Assembly (NCBI RefSeq): GCF_001194135.2
Contig: NC_068997.1
Span: 4,892,207 to 4,956,206, forward strand
Length of the DNA stretch: 64,000 nucleotides
Direction: 5' to 3'
DNA from: Octopus bimaculoides
Lineage: Eukaryota
Shown here: piece by piece, positions 1 to 12,469 of the stretch
Numbering within the stretch: position 1 is the stretch's first letter
How the letters are laid out: each line of letters starts with the position of its first letter
The notes under the pieces: generated by a model
Databases searched by the model: none
Seen by the model: only the letters and a program-made list of their open reading frames with translations
What the model was told of the DNA's origin: nothing
Translations under genes and position numbers: made by a program

Positions 1-611
1 TTACACTATTTTTCTTTTGTTTTGTTTTGCTCAGGTCAAACACTTTGGTTTAACCTTTATATTCAACAACGGAGATGGCGATTTTGACCAAAAAAGAGGG
101 TGGTTATTACTCCCTATCCCTACCCCGCCTCATCCGGGCCAAATCTACAAATATTTTTCTGTGTAAATTGCAATTGTATCAAAATTTGATGTGAGAAGAA
201 AAATAGTGAGATCACACGTACTTACACAATTTTTTCGAAATTTCAAATTTCATTTTGTCGGCGTACGTGTACGAGCCCACCAAATTTGAGGCAACAAAGA
301 CGGGCGATGGGCATACCTGAAGGGATGCTCTTATTCCTTTAAATTAGGGTTAATTCTGTTCCCCTCTATGACTCCTGAAATGTTCATTCATTTCTTTAGG
401 ACCTAATTCTGAAAAGAGAAAGAAAACTTTAGCGGGCTTTCTTTCGTTTTGGTTCATCTTCTGCAGGACAGCTATTCATAAAGCCCGCCAAAGCTTATTT
501 TCAGTTCGATTTTATTGCCGAGTTAACAACTACTGTACTTTTTTAGGATAGCTATTACATCTATACCCACAGACTTCCCCCTTTCACTTTTTCGATCTTG
601 GAACATACGGT

Positions 612-785
612 TTGTCGAATGTAATTCTTATTTATTCACATTGTTTTGACTTAATCAGGCATTATTATTTTGTAGCTTCGAGATTTCGATATGATTGCTT
701 ATTTTTAGAATCTGGCTGGTTTGAATATAAAACAAGTAGATTATGTGAGCCGAGTATGGCCGGTTCAAATGTTAAAGGGTTAAAA
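612..785. repeat. Dispersed repeat ending in AAAGGG|TTAA (possible piggyBac-like MITE)
   Basis: 615-690 resembles 40380-40443; the terminus resembles 54501-54530 in reverse orientation. Confidence 0.35.
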
Positions 786-1599
786 ACATTCCAATTGTGA
801 CCATCGCTTCCATCTTTTTTTTAACCTAAATCTCCTGTCACGCCTTATTATTTTCTAAAATACAATAGCTAATACAGTTCGGGTTTAACACTGCATAAAA
901 TGAATAGTTATGGGTGGAGATACCTTTGATTACAGATCTGCTAGACCAGAAGTGACCTTGGGCTAAACGACAGCGATGGACTCGTGTGTGTGTGCTTATG
1001 TACTGCTGTCCGTTGTCTTTTATGTTGCTGTCACAGTTTCTAAAATTTAAAAATTAAGAGAACGATTATATTTGTACACATTACTGCTTAGAGCTTCTGA
1101 TCTGTTTTTGAATACAATAATATAACCCTTTATCTGATAGCTTCCCACTCTTTTTCTCTTCTACTTCCTCGTTCCATCTTTTTCCGTTAATCTGATTCCC
1201 CAACCCTTTTTCTCTGTCTTGGGTTTTTTTCTACGACTTTCTCTCTCTCAACGTTATTTAATGTCTTTACTTTTTCAGATCGATCCAGCTTCTCGTGTTA
1301 AAACATGACTTCATATATCCTGTGAAATGAATACTGTGATATAGTAGAGTTGTTACTGCAGTCTTAACTTGATATAATATGGTGGATAACTATGCTAACC
1401 CATACATCTGGATGGTTTAACTTAATAGTTGTGTTAATATAGTATAAACATGATGTCCATTTTATGGTAAGTTAAGAGTGATGTAGAATCATTTCCTTTT
1501 AACTCTAACTTCTGCATAGTCCCTTTCCTGGTGGGCAGTTCAGAAGCTAGGGATAGATGAGGGGTTGGTGGGGGCTGTACAAGCCATGTACGGGGATGC

Positions 1600-2860
1600 T
1601 GTCAATAAGAGGAAAGTCAACAAAGGAATTAAGGGTACAGGTAGGAGTTCACCAAGGATTAGCTGTCAGCCCCCTCTTGTTTATCGTAGTCCTCCAGGCC
1701 ATACCTGAGGAATTTAAGACTAGTTTCCTTTGAGAGGTCCGCTCTGCTGATGCCCTTGTTCTTATTGCTGAATCACTACCAGAACTAAAGAAGACAAAGC
1801 AAGGTCTGGATTTTAAGGGCTTAGCAAAGACCAAAGTCCTAGTAAGTAGGAAAACAGACAAATCACTGATCCCTTGAGGGAGATGGCCCTGCTCAATATG
1901 TAGAAAAGGTGTTGGTAGAAAGTCCATACAGTGTACCCAGTACAAGCTATAGACATGTAAGTGGTGCAGCAGTATGAGGAAGGTTAACAGAGAAAGTAGT
2001 GTTTATGAGAGGCAGATGTACAGGTATATTAAACACTAGGAATGTACAGAAAATAGACTCTCTCAAATGTCTCAGGGATCCTGAGAAGTAGTAGATAGTT
2101 TCCATTTACTTAGGCAACCAAGTTAGCAGTGGAGGAAGTAGTTCTGAAAGCATAGATGCTAGAGCAAGAATGGTCTAGGCAAAGCTTAGAAAGCTACTAC
2201 TTTTGTTAGTAACAAAAGGCCTCTCCCTCAAAGTGGAAGGCAGATTGTATGATGCTTGTGTAGAACAGCTATGCTACATAGCAGTGAGACATGGGCTGTG
2301 ACAAAGCTTGAAAGAAATGAAGCCAGCATACTCTGCTGGATGGGTAATGTCAGTGTGCATTTACAACAGAGAAAAATTGGGTATATAAGGCTTCAGTTGT
2401 GTATGAGAGGGAAGACTTCATTGGTATGGTCATGATACATATGGATAGGGACAGCTGCATCAAGAAGTGCTGATCTAATTGTAGAGGGAATGTGTGGGAG
2501 GGGTAAACCCAGGAAGATAGGGATGAAGTGAGAAAAAGGATCTTCAGACATTGGGCCTCTCAGAAATGACATGGGATCGAGATTTCAGGTGGTTTGCTGT
2601 GCTTAAGAAGACACATCAAACTAAGTAAAATCGTGGCTGTCCATACATATAGGCCTGTCCTCTATGTTCCTCTCTCAACTGAGAGATCCTAGTCTTGTGG
2701 ACTCATGGGTTCCAGTGTCATGTAAAAGTATCCATGCTGGTGTCACATTTAAAAGCACAACTACACTCTGAAAAATGGGTGACATTAGGACGGGCATCCA
2801 GCCATATAAACCATGCCAAAACAGTCAAATGAAGATTGGATGTTAAATGATGATTCTTTT
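1600..2860 (+). mobile_element. Decayed RTE-type LINE, 3' portion
   Basis: VHQGLAVSPLLFIVVLQ, decayed YADD (SADA), GRWPCSICRKGVG zinc finger, VVDSFHYLG, SETWAVTKLERNEAS; followed by the 3' UTR ending in ATG repeats. Confidence 0.85.
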
Positions 2861-3566
2861 AGATACCATTGCTTCTGATGACGGTCGTCTTGGAATGATA
2901 TTTTAAAGCAAGTTTAAGTTATTGAAATGTTGAAATTTCTGAGTTTGTTGTTGATAGAGAAACAGTAAAATATGTTGCAATCAATAAGAAACATGTAGTT
3001 CCATAGGTGCAGGTGTGACTGTGTGGTTAAGAAGTGTCTTCTACTATAGCCCTGGAAACTGAAACGAGTCCATTACATACATGTATTTGTGTGTCTCCTT
3101 GTCTTGGCATCATGTGATAGTCATAAATGAGTGCCATTCTTACAAGTAATATCATTCATTTCCAATCTTCTACCTGGCCATAGAAAATTAACCTCAACAA
3201 ACCTTGTCTGTCCAATGCAAGCATGACAATGTATGCATTAAACGAGGGTGATGAAATATATTGGAGCAAATACGGTACACAACATGTATAAATCAAGATA
3301 CTTCCCTCAAATGTTAACCAATCCATGACCACATTTCTAAAAAAATATGTTTCTAATTTATTTTGAAAATAAAAAATAAGGGATTTACTAAAGTAAATTT
3401 TGTAATTATTACTAACCTAGTGTTTAGAATAGTAATTAAAAAAAAAACACTCTTAAACAAAAAAAAAATGGAAATTTTTATTTAAATAATAAACCCTAAA
3501 TTTTCTTATTCTTAAAATTTCTAACTAAATTTATTGACATAATCATGTTTGCCTTTATCATTTCAG

Positions 3567-3712
3567 ATAAGTCGAAGTTTATGATTTCGATTCATCTTCA
3601 GATTGTAAATATCAGCAACACAGAACAAATGATATGTTCAATATGCTTAGAGCAACTTTGGAAGATGGTCTTTGAATGTGGTGGACATCTTTGTCAGAAC
3701 CATTTGTGTTGA
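3567..3712 (+). pseudogene. Possible decayed RING-HC terminal exon (Mind bomb-like)
   Basis: After a tttcag acceptor: ...EQMICSICLEQLWKMVFECGGHLCQ..., with C-x2-C-x10-CG spacing; truncated by a stop, with an alternative frame continuing RTICVEKLC*. Confidence 0.35.
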
Positions 3713-4019
3713 GAAACTTTGTTAATAAAAGGATTATACATTGATCAGCTTTCTTTTTCTGTTTTTCTTTTTCCTATCTTCCCCTACCCTACCGCCACCA
3801 CCTCTTCCTAACTACTGCAGTAATGGTTCCTTCAGCTCTGTTATTAATAACCCCATCTCCTTCAACCACACCTTTAATGGAGACATTGTATCCCTTCTTG
3901 CCCTCCGGTATTTTTGGTGAAGGTGAAAGTGGTGGCTGTATTGTTCAGAATCTGTAAATTTAGACTTGTACATTTGACCTTTATTTTGTTAGAGTACTAC
4001 CTGTCCTTAAGTCTAAAAT

Positions 4020-6172
4020 TAGATTAGCCCTCTGGTCAGATACCAAAGAGGTGGTTGAATGGTTTAAGCTTCTAGAAATCAGCAAGCCCTGATTCATAGT
4101 ATGAAAAATTCTGATTTGTCCTGACACGAAATAGCTATAATACTTGCTGTGCAAGCCACATCAGTAGATTTTGATGATAGATTAGATAGAGAGAATGCTT
4201 TTGATATAGTGATGGGATCATCTGACTCTGCACAGGTCACAAACTTAGTTGGAATATATATCCTTTCATTAATCTAGTCTTCCTTTCTGGAAGTAACAGG
4301 GGTGCTATATATGGATGATGCCCTATTCTTTCTGGACAGAAGTAGTAAAGTACAATTAGAAAGGCATAGGAACCATTTCTTTAGCTTTTTTAAAAATTTA
4401 GGACTAAACATTAATATGGGAAAGGATTATCGTAGAGTAACTTTTCTTGATACTGGATTATTCAAGCCATTTCATAAGCCAAATGATCATATCAAGTACA
4501 TAAATGTAGCATCCAACTATTCACCCTCGATAAAATGGGGATTAATTAAGAATATTTCTCCAAAAATTTCTAGATTATCTGCTAATAAAAACATTTTCAA
4601 ATCACATGCTGCTTTAGCTAGAGCTGGATACCATGAGAAAATTCAATATATACAAAATGCAGGCATACACAAAACTGTCAATTCCTACAATAATAATTAC
4701 ACATTGTACACCATCATAATGTTAAGGTATGAGAACTGACTCAGATCAGGAAGAATTGGTCAAGGCAATAAACTACCAACATAAACTCATACACACATGA
4801 CACAAGAATCCTACTGCAGATAACACAGTAAATTGTTCCAATCCTGTACAACACACTAGATGAAATAAGCCAGACAACAGATATAGGAATCATGATGTCC
4901 TCTGTACAAACCATATTTCAGTTTGCACATTTCAACCAAGATCAATGGAAAATTTTTTGCCACTTTAGACAAATATTTCCCTAAATATAATAGATACCAT
5001 GCTACCTTTAATCAGCACACCAATGAAGGTATCCTACACTAACTCTACTAATTTAGAGCAGCATATGCACCACATGAACAATAGTAAAATGCAACAACAG
5101 TTCAATAACCCACTTACTTTATCTAACAAACATATACATCTAAATACCAACAAAGGAGATGTAAACCGCAATACAGCCAAATTATAATAGCAGAAATGAT
5201 TATGATATAGCGAAAATGGTAACAACATCAGAAAATGAAGTCAGGACTGCCATATATACAAATAAATATAACTGCTCATGCAGAGATAAATCAAAATGCC
5301 CATTGAGTACAAATCTTGTATATAAATGTACCGTGCACACAAGGGGAGGACTGTATGTCTACATTGAGCAAATGGCTGATTCATTCAAGAATTGTTATCG
5401 CAACCATGTTGCCAACTTCAAGAAACTTTGGCTGATTTTGTGCAGCAACTTAAGGAAGATAAAATTAAGTATAAAATAACTTGGTCCATAGTAAGGCACA
5501 CAAAACCATATAATATCATTTCCAGGAGATGCCAACTCTGCTCCAAGGAATCCCCTGTCTATTCTGTGGACCAGTGATCATTAATAGAATTTCTGAAAAA
5601 CTCAAGATGCCTACATGCTTATAAATGTACTTTCGCACAATGCAGTGGCAATGAATTTGAATAACTGTTAACATAATTTACTTTAAGGTATGGATGAAGT
5701 AAGCTTAGCTTTAACTTCCCATTCTAATAAACATCAAGTAGCTATTTAACTCGCTGTGTGAACATATGAGCATATGCTTACATCTTCATGGATGCTTGTA
5801 TGAGCAAGTGAACATGTGCAATACAATGTATGTGAAGGCATTTATACATCCATATCCATTAACGGTTATTTTTAATACATTTTTCGCTGTATTGCATGTT
5901 CATTTCTTTTTTGCATCTGTTATATATATATGCATCTTCTATATGAATGAAGCTGTACCCTCTAATTTGCTGCTTTTCTTTACACATAATGAAAAGATAC
6001 ATTGTGGAACTGTTATTTTAATGAGTTACATCTATTTATCACCTGAAGAGACACATCTGCACAGTCAGATGCTTCTGAAGCAGTTGTTAAGTACCCCACA
6101 TGTGAGGGATCAATGCTAGATGTGTTGAAACAATTATAGTGATTAATAAAAATTCTCATATCTTCCATCTCG
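4020..6172 (+). mobile_element. Decayed Penelope-like retroelement (RT, GIY-YIG endonuclease and 3' pseudo-LTR)
   Basis: RT: MGSSDSAQVTNLVGIY...LYMDD...TFLD...KPFHKPND..YIN..SNY; endonuclease region YNCSCRDKSKCPL..NLVYKC...YVYI(E)...F...YRNH, then KITWSIV..TKPY...RRCQLC.KE; hammerhead motif at 6038-6143. Confidence 0.85.
6038..6143 (+). ncRNA. Type I hammerhead motif at the Penelope 3' end (mutated)
   Basis: ATCAC-CTGAAGA-G-ACACATCT...AGATGTGT-T-GAAA-C-AATT-A-TA-GTGAT; helices I and II pair perfectly; the C15.2-G16.2 pair is broken. Confidence 0.7.
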
Positions 6173-8404
6173 TATATATATATATATATATATTTATATA
6201 ATTAGCTGCAATTTGCAATTTATACCACTCTGTCATGTGTTTAGTGTAAAAAATTGTCAAAGGTCATAGAAAATTTAATGAACATCCACAGAAACTCCAC
6301 TGAAAATCTAAAATTTATTTAATATATATTCAATAATCATTTTAGTGTTTATTCAACAGTTATTTAATCTTATAAAGTTGTTTTTATTTATTTTCTTTTA
6401 AAAAATAATTTTCAGAAATAATGAAAGAAACATTTTTTCACTTTCTCCAAGTTTACAAGTTTTTTTCTTGTCCAAACATTCATAATATATTTGTGTGTGT
6501 GTGTGCATGTGTACACATACATATATGTGTGTATATATGTAAACATCAGTGTGTGTGTGTGTGTATAAATAATAAGGAGAATGGAGATTTTTCACATCCA
6601 TAATTTTATTTAACAGTTACTTACATCTTTATAGGACCTACATGTGTTTCAACTGCAGCAACTGCATATTGTTGCGTATGCAACCTAGCATCATGGTGCA
6701 GTTTCATTAGTGTCCTTACCTTCTGCTATTTTAAAATAGAACTGAAGGAATCAGCAAACTGAGTGAATAAAGTGTTTTTTTTAGGGGGAGATATGGGTGC
6801 CTCTATTAATAGTTGTAGGAATCTGAACTTCGGGTTCACCTCTGCTAAGTGTGGTAGGTGAAGCAAAACATAGTCCTAAAAATAGGTCATGGTTAGATTG
6901 AAAGTTTATGTAGATTTATCATTAATATCAAAAATTTACTATTCCACTCATTACAAAGAGAATATTCTTAGTGTAGAGGTATTCTATTACATTTGATTTA
7001 TTTTTTGGTTCTTGGTTTCTCAAATGTTATTATAATAATTTTTATTATCATATAAAGTGTAATGTGTTTATTTAAATTATTTAAATGTAAATTTTCTTGT
7101 ATGAAGGCATCTTAAAGTACATCCTGCTTTGTGTTTATTAGATTAAATTTAGAAGTGAAAATTTAATACATTTCTTCTGCACAAAAGTCACATCCCTTAC
7201 CTCCTATTCTATAAGATTTAGTTTTGTTAATAATATCCCAGCCTATCAAATATACTTTGTTACTATCTTTCAGTGACCAAATTAACTTACGAAGGCTAGT
7301 GTTATTTTTATTTGCCCCTATATCTAAAAGAATTTTCATGGTTAGCTATTCTTTATTAGATAAAACATGAGCTATCACCTATATAAAAATACTCTTTGTC
7401 TCCAGAGCTAACATTGCACCAGTAAACCACATTTTTAGTCTTACATTTGAAATTTAAAGGGCATCATCTATTCCTTGCATAATCAAATATTTATATAAAT
7501 GTGTGTGTATGTATATTTACAGTAATGTGTATATATGCACACACATACACATGCAATTTAAATCTAAATTGCATGACAAATAACCATTGTTCAGAACATG
7601 TTTGTCTTATACATCCACAGAAAAACACTTTCAGGAAGACTTTTATGATTGTCCAAGTTTCCCTTGACCAGCCTCCATAGCCAGAAAGATTAAGAGTAAA
7701 ACATAACAGAAGAGTTTATTCAAAAGGTACTTATGTCATCTTACAAGTATTCATTAATAATTTAAAAAATAAATATGTTATATATAGAAAATCTTATAAG
7801 CAGATTACATTATCAAATCTTCAGAGACTGTAACTCTCATAAGTAACCTTTAAGATATATACAGGACTATAAACAATATTACAGTAACAACAACCATATC
7901 TACAGACGTTATGGTCATTCATACCATAACATTGTCTGCTATTCAGTATAAACCTGAAAATGTAACTAATGAGAGTAATGTAATCTCTGAAGAGTTGATA
8001 ATGTAACCTGCTTATAAGATTTTCCTCATGAAATGCATTTTATATTTCATTATTAATTAAACACTCGAGAGATGATATAACTAAATAATTTATGAACTAA
8101 CTCTCCTATTTTGTTTTATATGTATTATATATACAAACACACATGTTCATACACACACACACACAANNNNNNNNNNNNNNNNNNNNNNNNNNNNNNNNNN
8201 NNNNNNNNNNNNNNNNNNNNNNNNNNNNNNNNNNNNNNNNNNNNNNNNNNNNNNNNNNNNNNNNNNTTTGTATGTATGTTCTTCACTTCTCTTTTTGGTT
8301 TCAGAGTAAATTTTGACTAGCCACCAACTTGATAACAAGGTTGAAAAGGAAATTATCTTTTTTTAATCATCATCCTTTGAATTTTAAGAAGGTTTTGTAG
8401 ATGT

Positions 8405-8625
8405 AGGTTTGTATGTATGTATATATATGTATATATATATATGTGTGTGTTTGTGTGTGCATATGTGTGTGTATGTATATATATATGTATGTATGCGTGT
8501 ATGATGTATGTATGCATGCACGTATGTATGTATGTGTATGTATGTATGCATGCACGTATGTATGTATGTGTATGTATGTATGCATGCACGTATGTATGTG
8601 TATGTATGTATGTATGTATGTATGG
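8405..8625. repeat. Compound (TG)n/(TA)n/(TATG)n microsatellite, representative of dozens in the window
   Basis: Read directly; others include (GAT)n at 16810-16875 and (GAGACA)n at 21405-21490. Confidence 0.95.
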
Positions 8626-8673
8626 AGAATCCAATGATAATTCAAAATAAGTTCATAACTTGTGCCATTTTAT

Positions 8674-8810
8674 TTATTCCAAATGGTGTCTTTTCATGTA
8701 TTCAAAAAATATTTGTATTGGTCTTTTTTCCCACTGTAAAATATGATCATGGTCAGCAGTTATTTGGTCACCCTTAAGTCGGTCAACTACTGTTACACAT
8801 ATCACAGCAC
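8674..8810 (-). CDS. UPP1: Uridine phosphorylase, last coding exon (CAVICVTVVDRLKGDQI...RPIQIFFEYMKRHHLE*)
   Basis: ctttctccacaaag| acceptor, phase 1, TAA at 8676-8674; CVT..DRL.GDQ and W..RP motifs; the spliced product is 289 aa with no internal stop. Confidence 0.95.
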
Positions 8811-10129
8811 CTTTGTGGAGAAAGAGAGACAAATTTATAGAGAAAGCCAGTCAATAAAGAAATAAACAAATGAATAAATAATCAAATATATGTTTTCTAT
8901 TAGAGATCAACTATAAAATGGCTGTGGTGGTTGGGTAAATTGATTTGTTTTGTGATTATATGTGTTTTGTGATTACAGCAATTTCTTGCCATATTGCGGT
9001 TCACCTATCATACACTCAGTACATCATGGATTTTTCTAGCTAATATATGTAAATTTATATTGCAGACTCCTCAGTATATCACGGGATTCAGCAGCCGATA
9101 GGTGTTTATTCTTTTTTAGTTTTCAATTATTTCTGTGGGAGGTTTTGGAATATAACACCCGCGATAGTCGAGAGATTACTGTATATACATATCTTTAACT
9201 AGTTTCAGCCATTGGACTGCAGCCATGCTGGGGCACTGCTTTGAAGAGTTTAGTCAAACAAATTGACCCTAGTACTTATGCCAAACCATTAACTTACAAG
9301 GATGTTAGCATGCCAACACTGGTTGTCAAGTGGGGTGACAGGGTACAAACACAAAGACACACACATCTTTGTAATATTATGGATGTATTTCTCTCTATCA
9401 GTCTATCTATCTCTCTTATGATAGATAGGTAAATAACTTACAACTTTCAATTTCTATCAGAAATTTTAATTTCTCTCTTTCTCTTTCAGTGATATTATGG
9501 ATGTATCTCTACTATCAATCTATCTATCTATCTTACACGTACTAAGTATAGAGATTCTCTATAGAAAACAAATAACTTTCAACTCTGTCTTAAAAATCTT
9601 CAGAGGGCTGTCTATTCATGTAATCTAAACAGAATCTCATTAACCCTCCCAAACACCTCTCTCCATCACATTTGTGAAGGATGTTCGAGCACATGTACAT
9701 TTATTGCTGCTCTTGTATATTTGTTTATATATATTTGTTTATATATGTGGTCGGGAAGCAAGCTTCTTACCACACAGCCATGCCTGCTTAAGAAAGTCAA
9801 AATGGTTCACCAAGGGACAGCACAGACTGGTAACAGTGTCCAGGGTTGTGAATTGGCCTAGAACTGGCGTACAGTTAGATGGTTGACAGCCAAAGTCAGT
9901 GAAACCATCAGAGAGGTAGAACTCAGGCAAATAGTCATGATAGAAAACAAACAGTTTGATGTATCATAGGAATTGTTTGATCTCTGAATGGGCCTGCAAC
10001 TCATGAACATAAAGAGTGGGGTGTCTGAACTGGAGACTTCTAGAGAGAAAGGAGCATTCAGTTTCAGAAAGTGGGAGACCAGAATGGAAGAGTACTTCAA
10101 ATATCAGAACAAAAAATGGTTTTACTCAC

Positions 10130-10276
10130 ATGGAATATTCATTTTATTACACAAAGCTACAAAACCAACGGACTCCATTTCCATATTGGTCACACCCTTA
10201 TCCTGTAGATGTTGAAGATATGCAACTCTGTCTTTATCAGAAAAGCTAGAAAATGGTCCATCAAGACGACCTTGAC
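10130..10276 (-). CDS. UPP1: Uridine phosphorylase, coding exon 6 (GQGRLDGPF...NMEMES...NIP)
   Basis: ctaacag| acceptor, T|gtgagt donor, 147 nt, phase 1/1; QGRLDG and EME substrate-binding motifs intact. Confidence 0.95.
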
Positions 10277-10317
10277 CTGTTAGAATAATATAAAATATAG
10301 ATTTAATATTCTTTTCT

Positions 10318-10522
10318 ACTCTAGGCACAAGGCCTCAAATTTTAGGAGGGGGGCAGTTGATTAGACCGATCCCAGTATGCAACTGGTACTTAATTTACTG
10401 ACCCCAAAAGGATGAAAGATGAAGTTGACATAGGCAGAATTTGAACTCAGAACATAAAGACAGACGAAATACCACCAAGTATTTCGCCCAGTGTGCTAAC
10501 ATTTCTGCCAGCTTGCTACCTT
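10318..10522 (-). mobile_element. tRNA-headed SINE family B (representative)
   Basis: Minus strand ...GCTGGCAGAA..GTTAGCA...GTTCTGAGTTCAAATTC...CTTTCATCCTTT.GGGGTC.ATAA...GTACCAG...GGCCTTGTGCC; copies near 17165-17365, 26985-27178, 29945-30155(+), 53925-54140, 57565-57770, 57790-57900, 57925-58110 and 59265-59620. Confidence 0.8.
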
Positions 10523-10839
10523 GAAATATAGATTTAATATTTCAAATTACTCATGGTTGAGCAATTTGGAATGTAGAATATTTCATATGAAATTTAGAAC
10601 ATTTGCTTGTTTGTAGACAAGTGATGGGATAGAGAGGAGGTGAAAATAGTCAGTGGTACCAATAATGCATTAATAGACAAACAGCTATGCATATATGTAT
10701 GAGTATACTCACACACACACACACACTCTCACACATCTCTCAATAGTATAATGTAGTGGATAATGTTATGTATAAATGTAATGTATAATCAGTATATATA
10801 TTGTAAAGCTGAATTTGCGAGTGTGTGTGTGTGTGTTGC

Positions 10840-10885
<46 letters not shown>

Positions 10886-11589
10886 NNNNNNNNNNNNNNN
10901 NNNNNNNNNNNNNNNNNNNNNNNNNNNNNNNNNNNNNNNNNNNNNNNNNNNNNNNNNNNNNNNNNNNNNNNNNNNNNNNNNNNNNNNNNNNNNNNNNNTG
11001 TGCCTAGAGTAGAAAAGAATATTTATGAGTTCCTTCACCACACCTACTAAATCTAAACGAATAATAAATTAATGCAAAAAAAAATCACAGCGGTGCATCA
11101 GCATGACCGCAGCTCTGAGCTAAAACTACAGCAAAAAAAATTGGTGAACGGAAAATATCGATAACCCGATTCCTTTTGGGATTTCCCAATCAAATTGTCT
11201 GCAACTCATTTTCAGNNNNNNNNNNGGGGTGAAAAATCAATAAACTGATTCCTTATGGGGTTTTCCATTTAATCAAGATAAAAAAAAATAGATAAACTGA
11301 TTCCTTATAGGACTTCCCACTAAAATTCACTACACCCCATTTTCAACCATAACTTTTACCAATTTTGATGTATTTTGTTCAAACTTGATGCCAGCATTAC
11401 TTAGGACTCATGGGATTTTTGAATGCTTTAAGTTCTTCAAAAACGAAAAATAATAAATAACAGCGGTGCATCAGCATGACCGCAGCTCTGAGCTAAAACT
11501 ACAGCAAAAAAAATTGGTGAACGGAAAATATCGATAACCCGATTCCTTTTGGGATTTCCCAATCAAATTGTCTGCAACTCATTTTCAGC

Positions 11590-11721
11590 CAAAAGTTTAC
11601 CAATTTCAACGGATTTCGCTCAAATTTGACGTTGATGTTACTTCATTTGATTTGAAATAAAAAGCTTGATTAGCTTAATAATCCTAACTTAATCCCAAGC
11701 AAAGCCAGGCTATAGTGCTAG
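11590..11721 (+). mobile_element. Probable Helitron 3' end
   Basis: CCCAAGCAAAGCCAGGCTATAGTGCTAG|T resembles the 3' termini at 36829 and 52141; 5' end not identified. Confidence 0.45.
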
Positions 11722-11959
11722 TATAATGTATAAATGTAATCATGTCGTCATCATTATTTTGAAGTTTTGTGATGCAAATGACCTTATGATCAGCAATACT
11801 AACTTCAGGAAGTCAGCCAATCAGCTGTTCACTTATTAATCTGGTGGGCACACAATTCAGATTGACTGCATTCTCACCAGAAAAGATGGTTGCTTATAAA
11901 TGCCAAGTCATTTCCAGGTGAAGAGTGCAACCATCAACATGGGTCAGTCGTTAGTGACC

Positions 11960-12190
11960 TCAGGCTCTAGGCCAGAATGATGTCAAGAAGCAAACCAGTC
12001 TGCAAAAGAAAGATCTGGAAGCTTAAAAACCCTCTGAATGGTCAGAGATTTATAGGCATTCTAACTGAAGCATGTGATGAAAAGGAGGAGGAGGTAATAA
12101 CATATAACATAGAGGACAACTTAATGAGGGCTACAGACTAAATTTGTGGCCAGTGCAAAGTCTCCTCCAGAACTAACCTCCACAGCACTT
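11960..12190 (+). mobile_element. RTE-type LINE linker fragment
   Basis: RKIWKLKNP...EDNLMRATD*ICGQCKVSSR resembles the region between endonuclease and RT in RTE elements. Confidence 0.5.
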
Positions 12191-12287
12191 TTCAAAGCAT
12201 TAATAACTTGTTTATGCGACTATCAAGGACAATGAGGTGGGGTGATGGAAGGAATAAAAGAGTAAAGTAGAAATGAAATGAAAATAC

Positions 12288-12423
12288 CTTCATAGAAGTC
12301 ATCACAACACATTGTAGTTCCCAAACAATTTGGTAAAGACAGACTATCAGCAATAGCTTTCAATTTGGAATAAATTTCTTTGCTTGGTACAGCTGGATTA
12401 TGAACCATTTTTCCTAGAACTGG
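12288..12423 (-). CDS. UPP1: Uridine phosphorylase, coding exon 5 (PVLGKMVHNP...GTTMCCDDFYE)
   Basis: attctgcag| acceptor, G|gtattt donor, 136 nt, phase 0/1; VLGK and G.TMC..DFYEG motifs. Confidence 0.95.
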
Positions 12424-12435
12424 CTGCAGAATAGG

Positions 12436-12469
<34 letters not shown>

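Noticed and set aside
7985-8045. CTGAAGAG...GAAATGCATTT hammerhead-like spacing
   Set aside because: No helix I pairing and poor helix II closure
8290-8400. Alternative UPP last exon (..NLVIKLVASQNLL*)
   Set aside because: In-frame stop just upstream; the real terminal exon at 8674-8810 carries the conserved motifs
8353-8650. Many ORF-track entries rich in C/V/Y/M or H/T/Y/I
   Set aside because: Translations of (TG)n, (TA)n and (TATG)n microsatellites; the same applies throughout the window
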